From Candidatus Falkowbacteria bacterium GW2011_GWF2_43_32 (GTDB lineage Bacteria; Patescibacteriota; Patescibacteriia; Patescibacteriales; UBA12465): 64,000 nucleotides of DNA. Each line of letters begins with the position of its first letter. Positions within the stretch are counted from its first letter, which is position 1. The notes under the pieces were generated by a model. That model ran no database searches. It was not told the DNA's origin and saw only the letters and a list, made by a program, of their open reading frames with translations. This document shows, piece after piece, positions 36,719 through 45,635 of this stretch. The DNA lies in NCBI GenBank assembly GCA_000999715.1, contig LCGL01000001.1:3139-67138 (forward strand), given 5' to 3'. A program made the position numbers and the translations under genes.

Positions 36719-38112
36719 TATTGTCCGCGGTTGGCCGAACGACGTCCGACAATAATCCGCCGAGTGATAATCAAAAGGAACAAAAGCAAATAATATCCGC
36801 CGCCCCAACGCCAATCGAAGCCGGTCGTCTCGACGGCCGCCCAATTCGGTTCGGCCAATAATCCGGAAACGACAAAAATAAAGCGGAGCAAAAAATGCGC
36901 CGGCCAAAACCATAGAACTCCCAACGCCGGAATAAGCGCGGCTAGCGGCCAAGCGATAATCAAGGCGGCCAACAACGGCGGGAAAGTCCACAAAACCAAA
37001 ACATTGGCCAAAGGAGCGATCAGGGATAATTGCCGAAAATTAATCAAAGCAATCGGCAAAATCACTATCTGCGCCACCAAGGTCAAATTAACGGTATCGG
37101 CAATCAGCTTCCAAACGTCGCGCGACCGTTTTTTTAATTTCAGCTTATTCAAAACGCGCCGAGTAAAGGTTTCTCCGACAGGATAAATATAAATGATGCC
37201 CAAGACCGCCAAAAAAGATAACTGGAACCCGAGGTCGTCGCGCAACAAGCGCGGATTGGCAACCAGCATCAGAGCGGCGGCAAAAATCAAAGCGTTAATC
37301 AAGGAAGCGACGCGACCGTGATAAACCGCCAAAAAGGCCAAACTGCCCATGATGGCCGAACGCACCGCCGAGGCGGACAAACCGGTAATCAAAGGATATA
37401 CAAACAAAAAACCGAAAACAATCAATAAAGAACGACGACGACTGAAACCGAGCGCCAAAAGAAAATTGATAATCATCGCGCTCAAAATGGTGATATGCGA
37501 ACCGGAAATGGCAATCATATGACTCAAACCGACGCGCGCAAAAACATCCAAGTCTTCCCTGTTCACCGTACGCCGATAACCGAGCAAAATAGCATTCGCC
37601 AAGCCGGCTTCCGGCTCGGACAAATTGATATTGATCAAGCGCGCCAAATATTGTTTGCAGTCAATCAGCATCCGATAAATCGTCTGCGGCCAGGTCAAAG
37701 TTCCGGCGGTCAGATTGATTTTCGGATAATACATCACGGAATAAATATCATAGCGCGCCAAATAACTTTCATAATCGAAGCCGTCAATCGCCGGCGGCGC
37801 CTGTAAACGGCCGCTAATTTTTATAAAATCGCCGTAATCATAAACCGGGTATAAGTTCGTCGTTACCAACGCCCGACTGTTCAAGCGACCGCCGGCGCAA
37901 ACCGTCAAACGCCGGCTCTTATAATCCACATCCGCTTCTTCGCAAATTCGGGCGACAAACGACGTTTCTTCGCCGTTATAAAAAGACAAGTCTGCCGCCG
38001 TGGCCGGTCGGCGAAAAGCGTTCGACCGCGAACCGAGAAAAAATATGACGATAATAAAAATCAGGTTGCCCGACAGAAACAAGCGAGCGGCCGTCAATCT
38101 TATTTTATACAT
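36718..38112 (-). CDS. comEC: ComEC/Rec2-family DNA internalisation channel protein (short form)
   Basis: 464 aa, N-terminal OB-like region plus multi-TM competence domain (GLSHMIAISGSHITIL); no metallo-beta-lactamase domain. Confidence 0.8.
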   Translation of the reverse strand: MYKIRLTAARLFLSGNLIFIIVIFFLGSRSNAFRRPATAADLSFYNGEETSFVARICEEADVDYKSRRLTVCAGGRLNSRALVTTNLYPVYDYGDFIKISGRLQAPPAIDGFDYESYLARYDIYSVMYYPKINLTAGTLTWPQTIYRMLIDCKQYLARLININLSEPEAGLANAILLGYRRTVNREDLDVFARVGLSHMIAISGSHITILSAMIINFLLALGFSRRRSLLIVFGFLFVYPLITGLSASAVRSAIMGSLAFLAVYHGRVASLINALIFAAALMLVANPRLLRDDLGFQLSFLAVLGIIYIYPVGETFTRRVLNKLKLKKRSRDVWKLIADTVNLTLVAQIVILPIALINFRQLSLIAPLANVLVLWTFPPLLAALIIAWPLAALIPALGVLWFWPAHFLLRFIFVVSGLLAEPNWAAVETTGFDWRWGGGYYLLLFLLIITRRIIVGRRSANRGQ

Positions 38113-38175
38113 AAAAATACCGTTAAGATTAATAACGGTATTCTATAACATCGGCGATAAAGAAAAGATAAAGTC

Positions 38176-39291
38176 TTATTTCAAGCCCGACCGGCGCTCT
38201 TCTTTCAACCACTTCAGATACGCTTCCATAAAAGCTTTCAGGTCGCCGTCCAAAACGGCGTCAATATTGGCGGTTTCATAATTTGTCCGATGATCCTTGA
38301 TATAGCGCTTGCCGTATAAACAATAAGAGCGAATCTGCGAGCTCCAGGCGGCTTGCTGTACTTCGCCCCGCAAACGCCGTTCCTCCGCTTCTTTTTCTTC
38401 CAGCGCCAATTGATACAATTTAGTTTTTAAAATTTTCAAAGCATTTTCCTTGTTCTGATGCTGCGAGCGTTCGGATTGGCAAGAAACGGTTAAACCGGTC
38501 GGCAAATGAACAATCCGAATGGCCGAGTCCGTAGTGTTGACGCTTTGTCCGCCCGGACCGCTGGAACGAAAAACGTCAATTCGCAAATCATCGTCTTTGA
38601 TAACCACCGTGCCGTCATCCTTGATTTCCGGAATCACTTCCACGGAGGCATAAGAAGTCTGCCGTAAACCGTCGGCGTTGAAAGGCGAATTGCGCAACAG
38701 ACGATGCGGACCGTTTTCGCTTTTCAAATATCCGTAAGCCCAGGGACCGGCGAGACGCAAAACCACGCTTTTGATTCCGGCCTCGTTACCGTAATTTCTA
38801 TCCAAAATCTCCGCTTGCCAGCCTTGCCGTTCGCTAAAACGCAAATACATCCGTTCCAGCATCTGCGCCCAATCCTGAGCGTCCACGCCGCCCGTACCGG
38901 CATGAATGGCCAAGAGAGCATTGTCATGATCGTACTTGTCGGAAAAAAGCGATAGAAATTCTAAATCGGCAAATTTTTTTTCCAACTCTTCGGCTTTCTC
39001 GGCCAATTCCGTCAACAAATCTCCGCCGTCTTCTTGGCGCGCCAAAGCCGTCAATTCCTCCGCTTCCCTGATTTCTTTTTCCATCGCTCCCCATTCTTTG
39101 ACTTCCGCAAACAAAGCTTCCGCTTCCCGGCCGATCTGAGCGGCGGCGGCGCGGTCGTCCCAAAAATCGGGCTCCGACATTCTTAAACGCAACTCTTTCT
39201 CGCGCACCATTTTCCGATCAATATCCAAAAGCGCTTTCGTTCGTAAAAAGCGTTCCCGCAAATCCGCCAATTTTTTCAATAAGACTTCCAT
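38176..39291 (-). CDS. prfB: Peptide chain release factor 2
   Basis: SPF tripeptide (NSPFNA) and GGQ (SGPGGQSVNTT); single uninterrupted ORF. Confidence 0.9.
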   Translation of the reverse strand: MEVLLKKLADLRERFLRTKALLDIDRKMVREKELRLRMSEPDFWDDRAAAAQIGREAEALFAEVKEWGAMEKEIREAEELTALARQEDGGDLLTELAEKAEELEKKFADLEFLSLFSDKYDHDNALLAIHAGTGGVDAQDWAQMLERMYLRFSERQGWQAEILDRNYGNEAGIKSVVLRLAGPWAYGYLKSENGPHRLLRNSPFNADGLRQTSYASVEVIPEIKDDGTVVIKDDDLRIDVFRSSGPGGQSVNTTDSAIRIVHLPTGLTVSCQSERSQHQNKENALKILKTKLYQLALEEKEAEERRLRGEVQQAAWSSQIRSYCLYGKRYIKDHRTNYETANIDAVLDGDLKAFMEAYLKWLKEERRSGLK

Positions 39292-39382
39292 AATTGATTG
39301 TTACCATCATTATAATCAAAAACAGCGACTTTATCAAATCGCTGTTTTGTCAAAAATATAAAAATATTTGCTAAAAAATACC

Positions 39383-39883
39383 TTAACGCTTGCTCCATTG
39401 CGGGGCTTTGCGCGCTTTTTTCAAGCCGGCCTTCTTTCTTTCCACCTGGCGTGAATCGCGAACCAAAAAGTCGTTGGCTTTCAGTGCTTCTTTGGCGGCC
39501 GGATCATAAGCTAAAATGGCCCGGCTGATACCCAAACGAACGGCGCCAACCTGTCCTTGTTTACCGCCGCCTTGAGCGAGAACGGAAAAATTAAAATCAC
39601 GACCGTGACCGGTAACTTTCAAAGGTTGAGCGATCAAGTTTACTCCTTCGCCCGGAAAATATTCGCCGGCCTTCATGCCGTTTACCATGATAATACCTTT
39701 GCCGTTTTCATACAAACGAACTTTGGCCACCGCTCGCTTGCGGCGTCCGACCGCTTTGATATATTTACCGGAAAAATCGGCCCCGGCGCCCGCTTCTTCT
39801 TTTTCTTCCATTTCCGGCGCTTCGGAAATCAAAACCTTTTTGGTCGTTTTATCTTTAACGGCTTTAACTTTTTTTACTGCCAT
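39383..39883 (-). CDS. rpsI: 30S ribosomal protein S9 with an N-terminal extension of about 38 aa
   Basis: GRRKRAVAKVRL.. and C-terminal ..KAPQWSKR. Confidence 0.9.
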   Translation of the reverse strand: MAVKKVKAVKDKTTKKVLISEAPEMEEKEEAGAGADFSGKYIKAVGRRKRAVAKVRLYENGKGIIMVNGMKAGEYFPGEGVNLIAQPLKVTGHGRDFNFSVLAQGGGKQGQVGAVRLGISRAILAYDPAAKEALKANDFLVRDSRQVERKKAGLKKARKAPQWSKR

Positions 39884-39884
39884 A

Positions 39885-40241
39885 TTATTTGATAATTAAT
39901 CTTTTGATCATCGCCGTCCGCAATTTTATCGGCGGCAACATTTCCGTCACGGCGCGACGCAAAACCTCGTCCGGATTCTTCGCGTAAACTTCAGACATTT
40001 TTTTGCTCTTCAAACCGCCGCGATAACCGGAATAATGATGATATTGTTTCTGACTTAATTTCTGGCCGGTAAATTTCATTTTGGAAATATTGGCGACTTC
40101 CACGATATCCCCCAAATCCAAATGCGGCTCAAACTCGGGCTTGTTTTTTCCCCGCAATAAAACAGCGATTCTGGTGGCTAAACGGCCGACCGCTTGGCCG
40201 GTCGCGTCTATCTGATGTAATTTTCTGACGATATTTTTCAT
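39885..40241 (-). CDS. rplM: 50S ribosomal protein L13 (short, 118 aa)
   Basis: IDATGQAVGRLATRIAVLLRGKNKPEF. Confidence 0.9.
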   Translation of the reverse strand: MKNIVRKLHQIDATGQAVGRLATRIAVLLRGKNKPEFEPHLDLGDIVEVANISKMKFTGQKLSQKQYHHYSGYRGGLKSKKMSEVYAKNPDEVLRRAVTEMLPPIKLRTAMIKRLIIK

Positions 40242-40292
40242 ATATATTATTCCGCTATGTTATTCCGCTCGACGCCGTTCGGCGACAGCAAA

Positions 40293-40643
40293 TTATACTA
40301 ATTCAATTTGAACTATTTCCGCTCCGTCTCCGGCGCGCACGCCCAATTTAACGATTCGGGTATAGCCGCCCGGACGACTCTTATAACGGACACCGAGAAC
40401 TTCAATCGCTTTCTTGACCGCGTTTTTTTGCAATAAAACCTTAATCAAACCGCGACGAGCGTTCAAATCGCCGGCTTTGGCGGCCGTAATCGCTCTTTCC
40501 ACCAAAGGACGAACAACCGCCGCTTTCGCTTTGGTGGTTTTGACCTTTTCGTATATTAAAATGCTGGACGCCAAATTGCGTAACATCAATTCACGCGGCG
40601 CTTTCTTTCTGTCTAAAATTTTATTTTTATTTCGGTGACGCAT
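40293..40643 (-). CDS. rplQ: 50S ribosomal protein L17
   Basis: MRHRNKNKILDRKKAPRELMLRNL. Confidence 0.9.
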   Translation of the reverse strand: MRHRNKNKILDRKKAPRELMLRNLASSILIYEKVKTTKAKAAVVRPLVERAITAAKAGDLNARRGLIKVLLQKNAVKKAIEVLGVRYKSRPGGYTRIVKLGVRAGDGAEIVQIELV

Positions 40644-40654
40644 AATGGCAATGA

Positions 40655-41512
40655 TTATTTTTTGGTTTTCTTCTTAACTTCCTTTTTTTCTTTTTTGGCT
40701 TTTTTGGCCTCCTTGTCTTCATGAGAATCTTCAGTCGTCGTCCGATCGTCGACCGTTTCTTCAAGCTCCGCCGTCGCTTCTTCCGTCGACTCGGCCGCAA
40801 TTTCCGCCGGCAAAGCCTCGCCGGAACTCAAAGCCAATAAAGAATCAAACTGCTCCACCAAAATCTTGACCGCGCCCGTAAACGCTTCTTGCGGCGTCAT
40901 CGTACCGTCGGTCTTAACGTTTAAAATCAATTTGTCCCAATTGGTCATCTTGCCGACACGGGTATTTTCAATATTGATGCTCACCAGCACGACCGGAGAA
41001 AAGATGGAATCGATTTCAATATAACCGATTTCCCGATTTTCTTTTTTGGCTCCTTCGGTCATCTTGTAACCGCGTCCTTCCCGCGCGAAAATTTCCATTT
41101 CCAAACTGCCGGCTTCATCGGTGATATGCGCCAAAACCAAATCCGGATTCTTGATTTCCACGTTGGAATTCTTGACGATATCGCCCGCGGTCACCGCTTT
41201 TTTTCCTTTAACCTTCAGCTCCAAGCGCACTTCTTCTTCGGAGAAAAATTTCAAACGCAGTTGCTTTAAATTTAAAATCATTTCCAAAACATCCTCTTTG
41301 ACATGCGGCAAAGCCATAAATTCATGACTGGCACCTTTAATCTTTACGCCGATGACGGCCGCACCCGGCAAAGACGACAATAAAACGCGACGCAAAGAAT
41401 TGCCTAGAGTCATGCCATAACCCGGAAACAAAGGTTCAACCGTAATGACGCCTTCGTGCAGATTACTGCCGGCATTAAACTCGATTTTTTTAGGATTAGC
41501 AATGTTTTGCAT
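40655..41512 (-). CDS. rpoA: DNA-directed RNA polymerase subunit alpha, with the C-terminal domain replaced by a low-complexity tail
   Basis: The alpha-NTD is recognisable (GYGMTLGNSLRRVLLSSLPGAA). The last 55 aa or so are acidic then lysine-rich, with no helix-hairpin-helix region. Confidence 0.85.
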   Translation of the reverse strand: MQNIANPKKIEFNAGSNLHEGVITVEPLFPGYGMTLGNSLRRVLLSSLPGAAVIGVKIKGASHEFMALPHVKEDVLEMILNLKQLRLKFFSEEEVRLELKVKGKKAVTAGDIVKNSNVEIKNPDLVLAHITDEAGSLEMEIFAREGRGYKMTEGAKKENREIGYIEIDSIFSPVVLVSINIENTRVGKMTNWDKLILNVKTDGTMTPQEAFTGAVKILVEQFDSLLALSSGEALPAEIAAESTEEATAELEETVDDRTTTEDSHEDKEAKKAKKEKKEVKKKTKK

Positions 41513-41521
41513 ATTATTTTT

Positions 41522-42151
41522 TTATTTTGAATAATATTCGATGATAACCTGCACATTGAAATTTTGCGGCAAATCGGCGTCTTTAGGTTCATGCAAAATT
41601 TTGGCGCTTAACTCCGCACCGTCAAAATTCAACCAACTCGGCCGTTCCGCTTGTTTCAATTTTTCCCCCAAATTTTTAAAATATTTATTGTCTTGATGAC
41701 CTTTTTTGATTTTGATCACCTGACCGGTCTTGACGAGGAACGACGGCGCGCTGGCGCGCTTGTCATTGACCGTAAAATGGCCATGAGCGACCAACTGTCT
41801 GGCTTGCGCCCGGGAAGTCGCCCAGCCGAGACGATAAATGGTGTTATCCAAACGCATCTCCATGGCGCGCAAGAAATTTTTTCCGGCATCGCCGGCCTTT
41901 TTGGTGGCTTTGGTGAAAGTCAGACGAAACTGCTTCTCGCCCAAACCGTAAAATTTCTTGGCTTTTTGTTTTTCCAAAAGTTGCAAACCGTAACCGCTCA
42001 AGCGCTTGTGCCCTTTCGGACCGTGAAAACCGGGAGCGTAGTTTCGTTTAATCATCGCACATTTCGGGCCGGAGCAACGCTCTCCTTTCAAAAACAGCTT
42101 TTCACCGACGCGACGACATTGTTTACATTTATTATCAATATTCCTTCCCAT
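41522..42151 (-). CDS. rpsD: 30S ribosomal protein S4
   Basis: CKQCRRVGEKLFLKGERC, YGLQLLEKQKAK. Confidence 0.95.
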   Translation of the reverse strand: MGRNIDNKCKQCRRVGEKLFLKGERCSGPKCAMIKRNYAPGFHGPKGHKRLSGYGLQLLEKQKAKKFYGLGEKQFRLTFTKATKKAGDAGKNFLRAMEMRLDNTIYRLGWATSRAQARQLVAHGHFTVNDKRASAPSFLVKTGQVIKIKKGHQDNKYFKNLGEKLKQAERPSWLNFDGAELSAKILHEPKDADLPQNFNVQVIIEYYSK

Positions 42152-42157
42152 AGTGTT

Positions 42158-42754
42158 TTAAACCCGGCGGGGTTTTTTAGGCCGACAGCCATTATGCGGC
42201 ACCGGCGTCATATCTTTAATAGCGGAAACGTTTAAATTATTGGCATTCAAAGCGCGAATGGCCGCTTCCCGACCGGTTCCGACACCGGAAACAAAAACGC
42301 TCACCTCTTCCAAACCGTATTCTTCGCGCGCTTTCTGAGCGGCGATTTTGGTAATGATTTGTGCGGCATAAGGAGTGGCCTTTTTGGCCCCCTTGAATCC
42401 GGCCAAACCGGCACTGGCCCAAGAAATAACATCACCGTTGGTATCCGTTAAAGTGATAATGGTGTTATTATAAGTCGCCTGAATATAAGCCCGACCGACT
42501 TTGACGATTCTGGCCACTTTCTTCTTTTTCTTTTTGATTAATTTTTTCTTGGCGCGGGCCGCTTTATTTTTTTCCAGTTTCTGTTTGATTTCTTCCGGCA
42601 ATTCTTCCACTTCGGAATCAAAAGAAAACTCGGCGCCTTCATCCGCCGTGTTTTTTTTAGTCTTTTCTTCGGCTTCCGCCGCCAAAACGGTGTTCGGAGT
42701 ATCGGTCTCTACCGCCGCTTTTTCCTTTTCCGTTGTTTTAACTTCTTCAGACAT
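42158..42754 (-). CDS. rpsK: 30S ribosomal protein S11 with an E/K-rich N-terminal extension of about 70 aa
   Basis: Core [31 protein letters not shown]. Confidence 0.9.
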   Translation of the reverse strand: MSEEVKTTEKEKAAVETDTPNTVLAAEAEEKTKKNTADEGAEFSFDSEVEELPEEIKQKLEKNKAARAKKKLIKKKKKKVARIVKVGRAYIQATYNNTIITLTDTNGDVISWASAGLAGFKGAKKATPYAAQIITKIAAQKAREEYGLEEVSVFVSGVGTGREAAIRALNANNLNVSAIKDMTPVPHNGCRPKKPRRV

Positions 42755-42773
42755 ATTTTATCTTTTAATAATC

Positions 42774-43169
42774 TTAGGTTTTCTGCAGGCCGGCCTTGCT
42801 CTTGCCGCTACCCATGGTCACGCGCTTATTGCCGCGAACCGTTCGGCTATTGGTTTTGGTGCGTTGACCGCGAACCGGCAAATGCTTTAAATGACGCAAA
42901 CCGCGATAACAGCCGATTTCTTTCAAACGTTTGATGTTGCTTTGCACTTCCCGACGCAGATCGCCTTCCACCGTGTGTTTCTTTTCTATAATTTCCCGTA
43001 AAGTGTTCACATCGGCTTCGGCCAAATCTTTGACCCGAGTATCCGGATTGACTTTCGCCGTCGCCAAAATCTTCTGAGCGCGGCTGCGGCCGACTCCATA
43101 AATATAGGTTAAAGCGATTGCAATTCTTTTTTCGTTGGGGATATTAACTCCCGCAATTCTGACTGCCAT
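42774..43169 (-). CDS. rpsM: 30S ribosomal protein S13
   Basis: [20 protein letters not shown]. Confidence 0.95.
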   Translation of the reverse strand: MAVRIAGVNIPNEKRIAIALTYIYGVGRSRAQKILATAKVNPDTRVKDLAEADVNTLREIIEKKHTVEGDLRREVQSNIKRLKEIGCYRGLRHLKHLPVRGQRTKTNSRTVRGNKRVTMGSGKSKAGLQKT

Positions 43170-43194
43170 AAGTTATGAATAAGGTATAAAAAAA

Positions 43195-43308
43195 TTACCC
43201 TTGTCTTTGTTTGTGTTTAGGGTTCTTACAAATAACGCGGACCCGACCTTGGCGCCGCACTACTTTACAATCTTTACAGATTTTTTTAACGCTGGCTCGT
43301 ACCTTCAT
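43195..43308 (-). CDS. rpmJ: 50S ribosomal protein L36
   Basis: Not in the ORF track (37 aa). My translation: [37 protein letters not shown]. Confidence 0.9.
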   Translation of the reverse strand: MKVRASVKKICKDCKVVRRQGRVRVICKNPKHKQRQG

Positions 43309-43329
43309 ATTTAAAATTGATTACAATTG

Positions 43330-43587
43330 TCACATGCGATAAGTGATCCGCCCCTTGGTTAAATCATAAGGACTGATCTGCAATTTTACTTTATCGCCGG
43401 GCAAAAGACGAATCTTATTCATTCTCATTTTCCCGGAGAGATGCGCCAAAATCTGATGTCCGTTTTCCAGCGCTACTTTAAAGCTGGCGGCCGGCATCAA
43501 CTCCAACACTTCTCCTTGCATTTCAATAAAATCTTTAGCATTAAGAGTGGCGGAACTGTCGTTATTATTTTCTCGTTTGTTTGACAT
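43330..43587 (-). CDS. infA: Translation initiation factor IF-1
   Basis: [47 protein letters not shown]. The ORF-track start at 43593 is GTG; the first ATG is at 43587. Confidence 0.9.
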   Translation of the reverse strand: MSNKRENNNDSSATLNAKDFIEMQGEVLELMPAASFKVALENGHQILAHLSGKMRMNKIRLLPGDKVKLQISPYDLTKGRITYRM

Positions 43588-43593
43588 TAACAC

Positions 43594-43629
43594 AAAAAAA
43601 TTTGATAAAGATCATCTCACTTTATCAAA
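43594..43629 (-). terminator. Terminator/attenuator-like hairpin + U7 directly abutting the infA start
   Basis: On the minus strand, UUUGAUAAAG-9 nt-CUUUAUCAAA then U7 (43600..43594), 6 nt before the ATG. Confidence 0.45.
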
Positions 43630-43680
43630 ATTCTTTATAAAGTTATTTAAGTTTATTTTTATAATAATCTTAATAAAATT

Positions 43681-43709
43681 ATTATAGAGATAAGATTAGG
43701 AATTGTCAA
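43681..43709 (-). promoter_or_regulatory. Perfect consensus promoter TTGACA-N17-TATAAT upstream of infA
   Basis: On the minus strand, TTGACA at 43709..43704, 17-nt spacer, TATAAT at 43686..43681. Confidence 0.55.
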
Positions 43710-43749
43710 GAGTCAATCGGCCGACGAAACTCGTTTAATTTTAGCCGTA

Positions 43750-45564
43750 TTATTCTAATATCGCTTTTATCCGTCTGACCCCGGCGCTGGAGGCCTCTTC
43801 TTTCTGAATTTTAAAATGCCCCAAATCGCCGATTGCCTGCACATGCGGACCGCCGCAAATTTCTTGGGAAAAAGCCTGAGCAAAATTAATTTGCCCGGAA
43901 TCGTCCGCAAGACCGATCGTATACACTTTCACTCTTTCTCCGTATTTTGAATCAAAAACTCCCATGGCGCCACGTTTTTTAGCCTCTTCCAAGAAAAGCT
44001 CTTCGCAAGAAACCCGAAGATTTTGAGCAATCGCTCCGTTAACGTCATCTTCCACTTCTTTAATTTGTGCCGGCGTCAATTTATCGGGATGAGAAAAGTC
44101 CAAACGCAGTCTTTCCGGCGTAATATTGCTTCCCTTCTGCAAGACATGCTCGCCGAGAGTCTTGCGCAAGGCGGCCAACAACAGATGAGCGGCGGTATGC
44201 AATTTAACCGTTCCCTCGCCGGCATCGGCCAAGCCGCCCTTGAATTTTCCGGCGGCGGCGGTGCGAGAAAGTTCTTGATGCTTTTGAAGTTCCGCCTCAA
44301 AGCCGTCGCGATCTACCGCAATTTTTTTCTCTTTGGCCAATTCCTCGGTAATTTCCAGAGGAAAACCGTAACTTTGATATAATTTAAAAGCTTCCGCGCC
44401 GCTGATACCGTTCGCCGACAATTTATTGAATTCGGACAAGCCTTTTTCTAAAGTATGACTGAATTTATCTTCTTCCTGATTCAATTTCGTCAAAATAAAT
44501 TCTTGCCGACGCGACAACTCCGGATAAACCGGTTGATAGTCGGCAATAACCGTTCGAGCGATTTCTGTCGTCCAGGAATTTTGTTTGATACCCAATTGCC
44601 GGCCGTGACGAATCGCCCTTCTGATCAAACGACGCACCACATATCCTTGATCCATATTGGACGGCGCCACGCCCTTGTCGTCACCGATGATAAACGTAGC
44701 CGCTTTGAGATGATCGGCGATAATACGCATCACGCGCGTCATTTCCGAATTTTCGTCATAACGATGCCCGCTCAGCTCTTCAATCTTACGGATGAGCCCG
44801 GCAAACAAATCCGTCCGATAATTGTCCTCCAGATTGTTTATGACGGCGACCACTCTTTCCAAACCGAAGCCGGTGTCCACGTTATGTTGCGACAACAATT
44901 CATATTTTCCGGCCGCGTTCTTGTTATATTCCATGAAAACATTGTTCCAAATCTCCACCCAGGCCTCGTGATCATCGTTAAAACCCGACGGCAGGGCCGC
45001 CGCCTCGCCGGTCCAATAAAAAATTTCCGTATCCGGTCCGCAAGGACCGGTCGTCCCGGCCGGACCCCACCAATTGTTTTTCTTGGGGAGTTTGGCGATG
45101 CGCTCTAAAGGCAAATCATTCTGTTTGAATATTTCCGACCAAAGACCATAGGCTTCTTCGTCGAAAGGAACGTCGTCATCGCCGGCAAAAACGGAAACGG
45201 CCAAACGATTTTTGTCTAAATTCAACCACTCGGGACTAGTTAAAAACTCCCAACTGTAAGCGATGGCTTCTTTTTTAAAATAATCGCCCAATGACCAATT
45301 GCCCATCATTTCAAAAAAAGTGTGATGAGTTTTATCGCCAACCTCTTCAATGTCGCCGGTCCGAATGCATTTCTGCGCATTGGTCAAGCGCCGGCCGGCC
45401 GGATGTTTTTCTCCCAAAAGAAAAGGCACGAGCGGATGCATGCCGGCGGTCGTGAATAAAACCGTCGGATCGTTTTCCGGAATTAAAGACGCGCCGGAAA
45501 TCACGGCGTGATTTTTGGCTTTAAAAAAATCTAAATATTTTTGACGCAATTCCAATGAGGTCAT
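43750..45564 (-). CDS. alaS: Alanine--tRNA ligase, short form lacking the C-terminal C-Ala/DHHA1 region
   Basis: Catalytic and editing domains present (HTAAHLL, CGGPHV); about 604 aa from ATG 45564. Confidence 0.9.
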   Translation of the reverse strand: MTSLELRQKYLDFFKAKNHAVISGASLIPENDPTVLFTTAGMHPLVPFLLGEKHPAGRRLTNAQKCIRTGDIEEVGDKTHHTFFEMMGNWSLGDYFKKEAIAYSWEFLTSPEWLNLDKNRLAVSVFAGDDDVPFDEEAYGLWSEIFKQNDLPLERIAKLPKKNNWWGPAGTTGPCGPDTEIFYWTGEAAALPSGFNDDHEAWVEIWNNVFMEYNKNAAGKYELLSQHNVDTGFGLERVVAVINNLEDNYRTDLFAGLIRKIEELSGHRYDENSEMTRVMRIIADHLKAATFIIGDDKGVAPSNMDQGYVVRRLIRRAIRHGRQLGIKQNSWTTEIARTVIADYQPVYPELSRRQEFILTKLNQEEDKFSHTLEKGLSEFNKLSANGISGAEAFKLYQSYGFPLEITEELAKEKKIAVDRDGFEAELQKHQELSRTAAAGKFKGGLADAGEGTVKLHTAAHLLLAALRKTLGEHVLQKGSNITPERLRLDFSHPDKLTPAQIKEVEDDVNGAIAQNLRVSCEELFLEEAKKRGAMGVFDSKYGERVKVYTIGLADDSGQINFAQAFSQEICGGPHVQAIGDLGHFKIQKEEASSAGVRRIKAILE

Positions 45565-45635
45565 ATATTTTAACGCTTCGGAGATCTGCTTGTCCGGCCG
45601 ACAATTCATTGCTCGGAATCCGAAGCAAAGCTTAG

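Noticed and set aside
36375-36991. Minus-strand ORFs 36375-36752 and 36680-36991 overlapping rpmB, the convergent terminator and the comEC 3' end
   Set aside because: The first is antisense to a clear L28 gene; the second runs out of frame through comEC and the terminator. Neither has recognisable motifs.
38176-39291. Programmed +1 frameshift in prfB
   Set aside because: The RF2 reading frame is continuous from ATG 39291 through the SPF and GGQ motifs. There is no in-frame UGA near codon 25 and no upstream short ORF, so no frameshift site is present.
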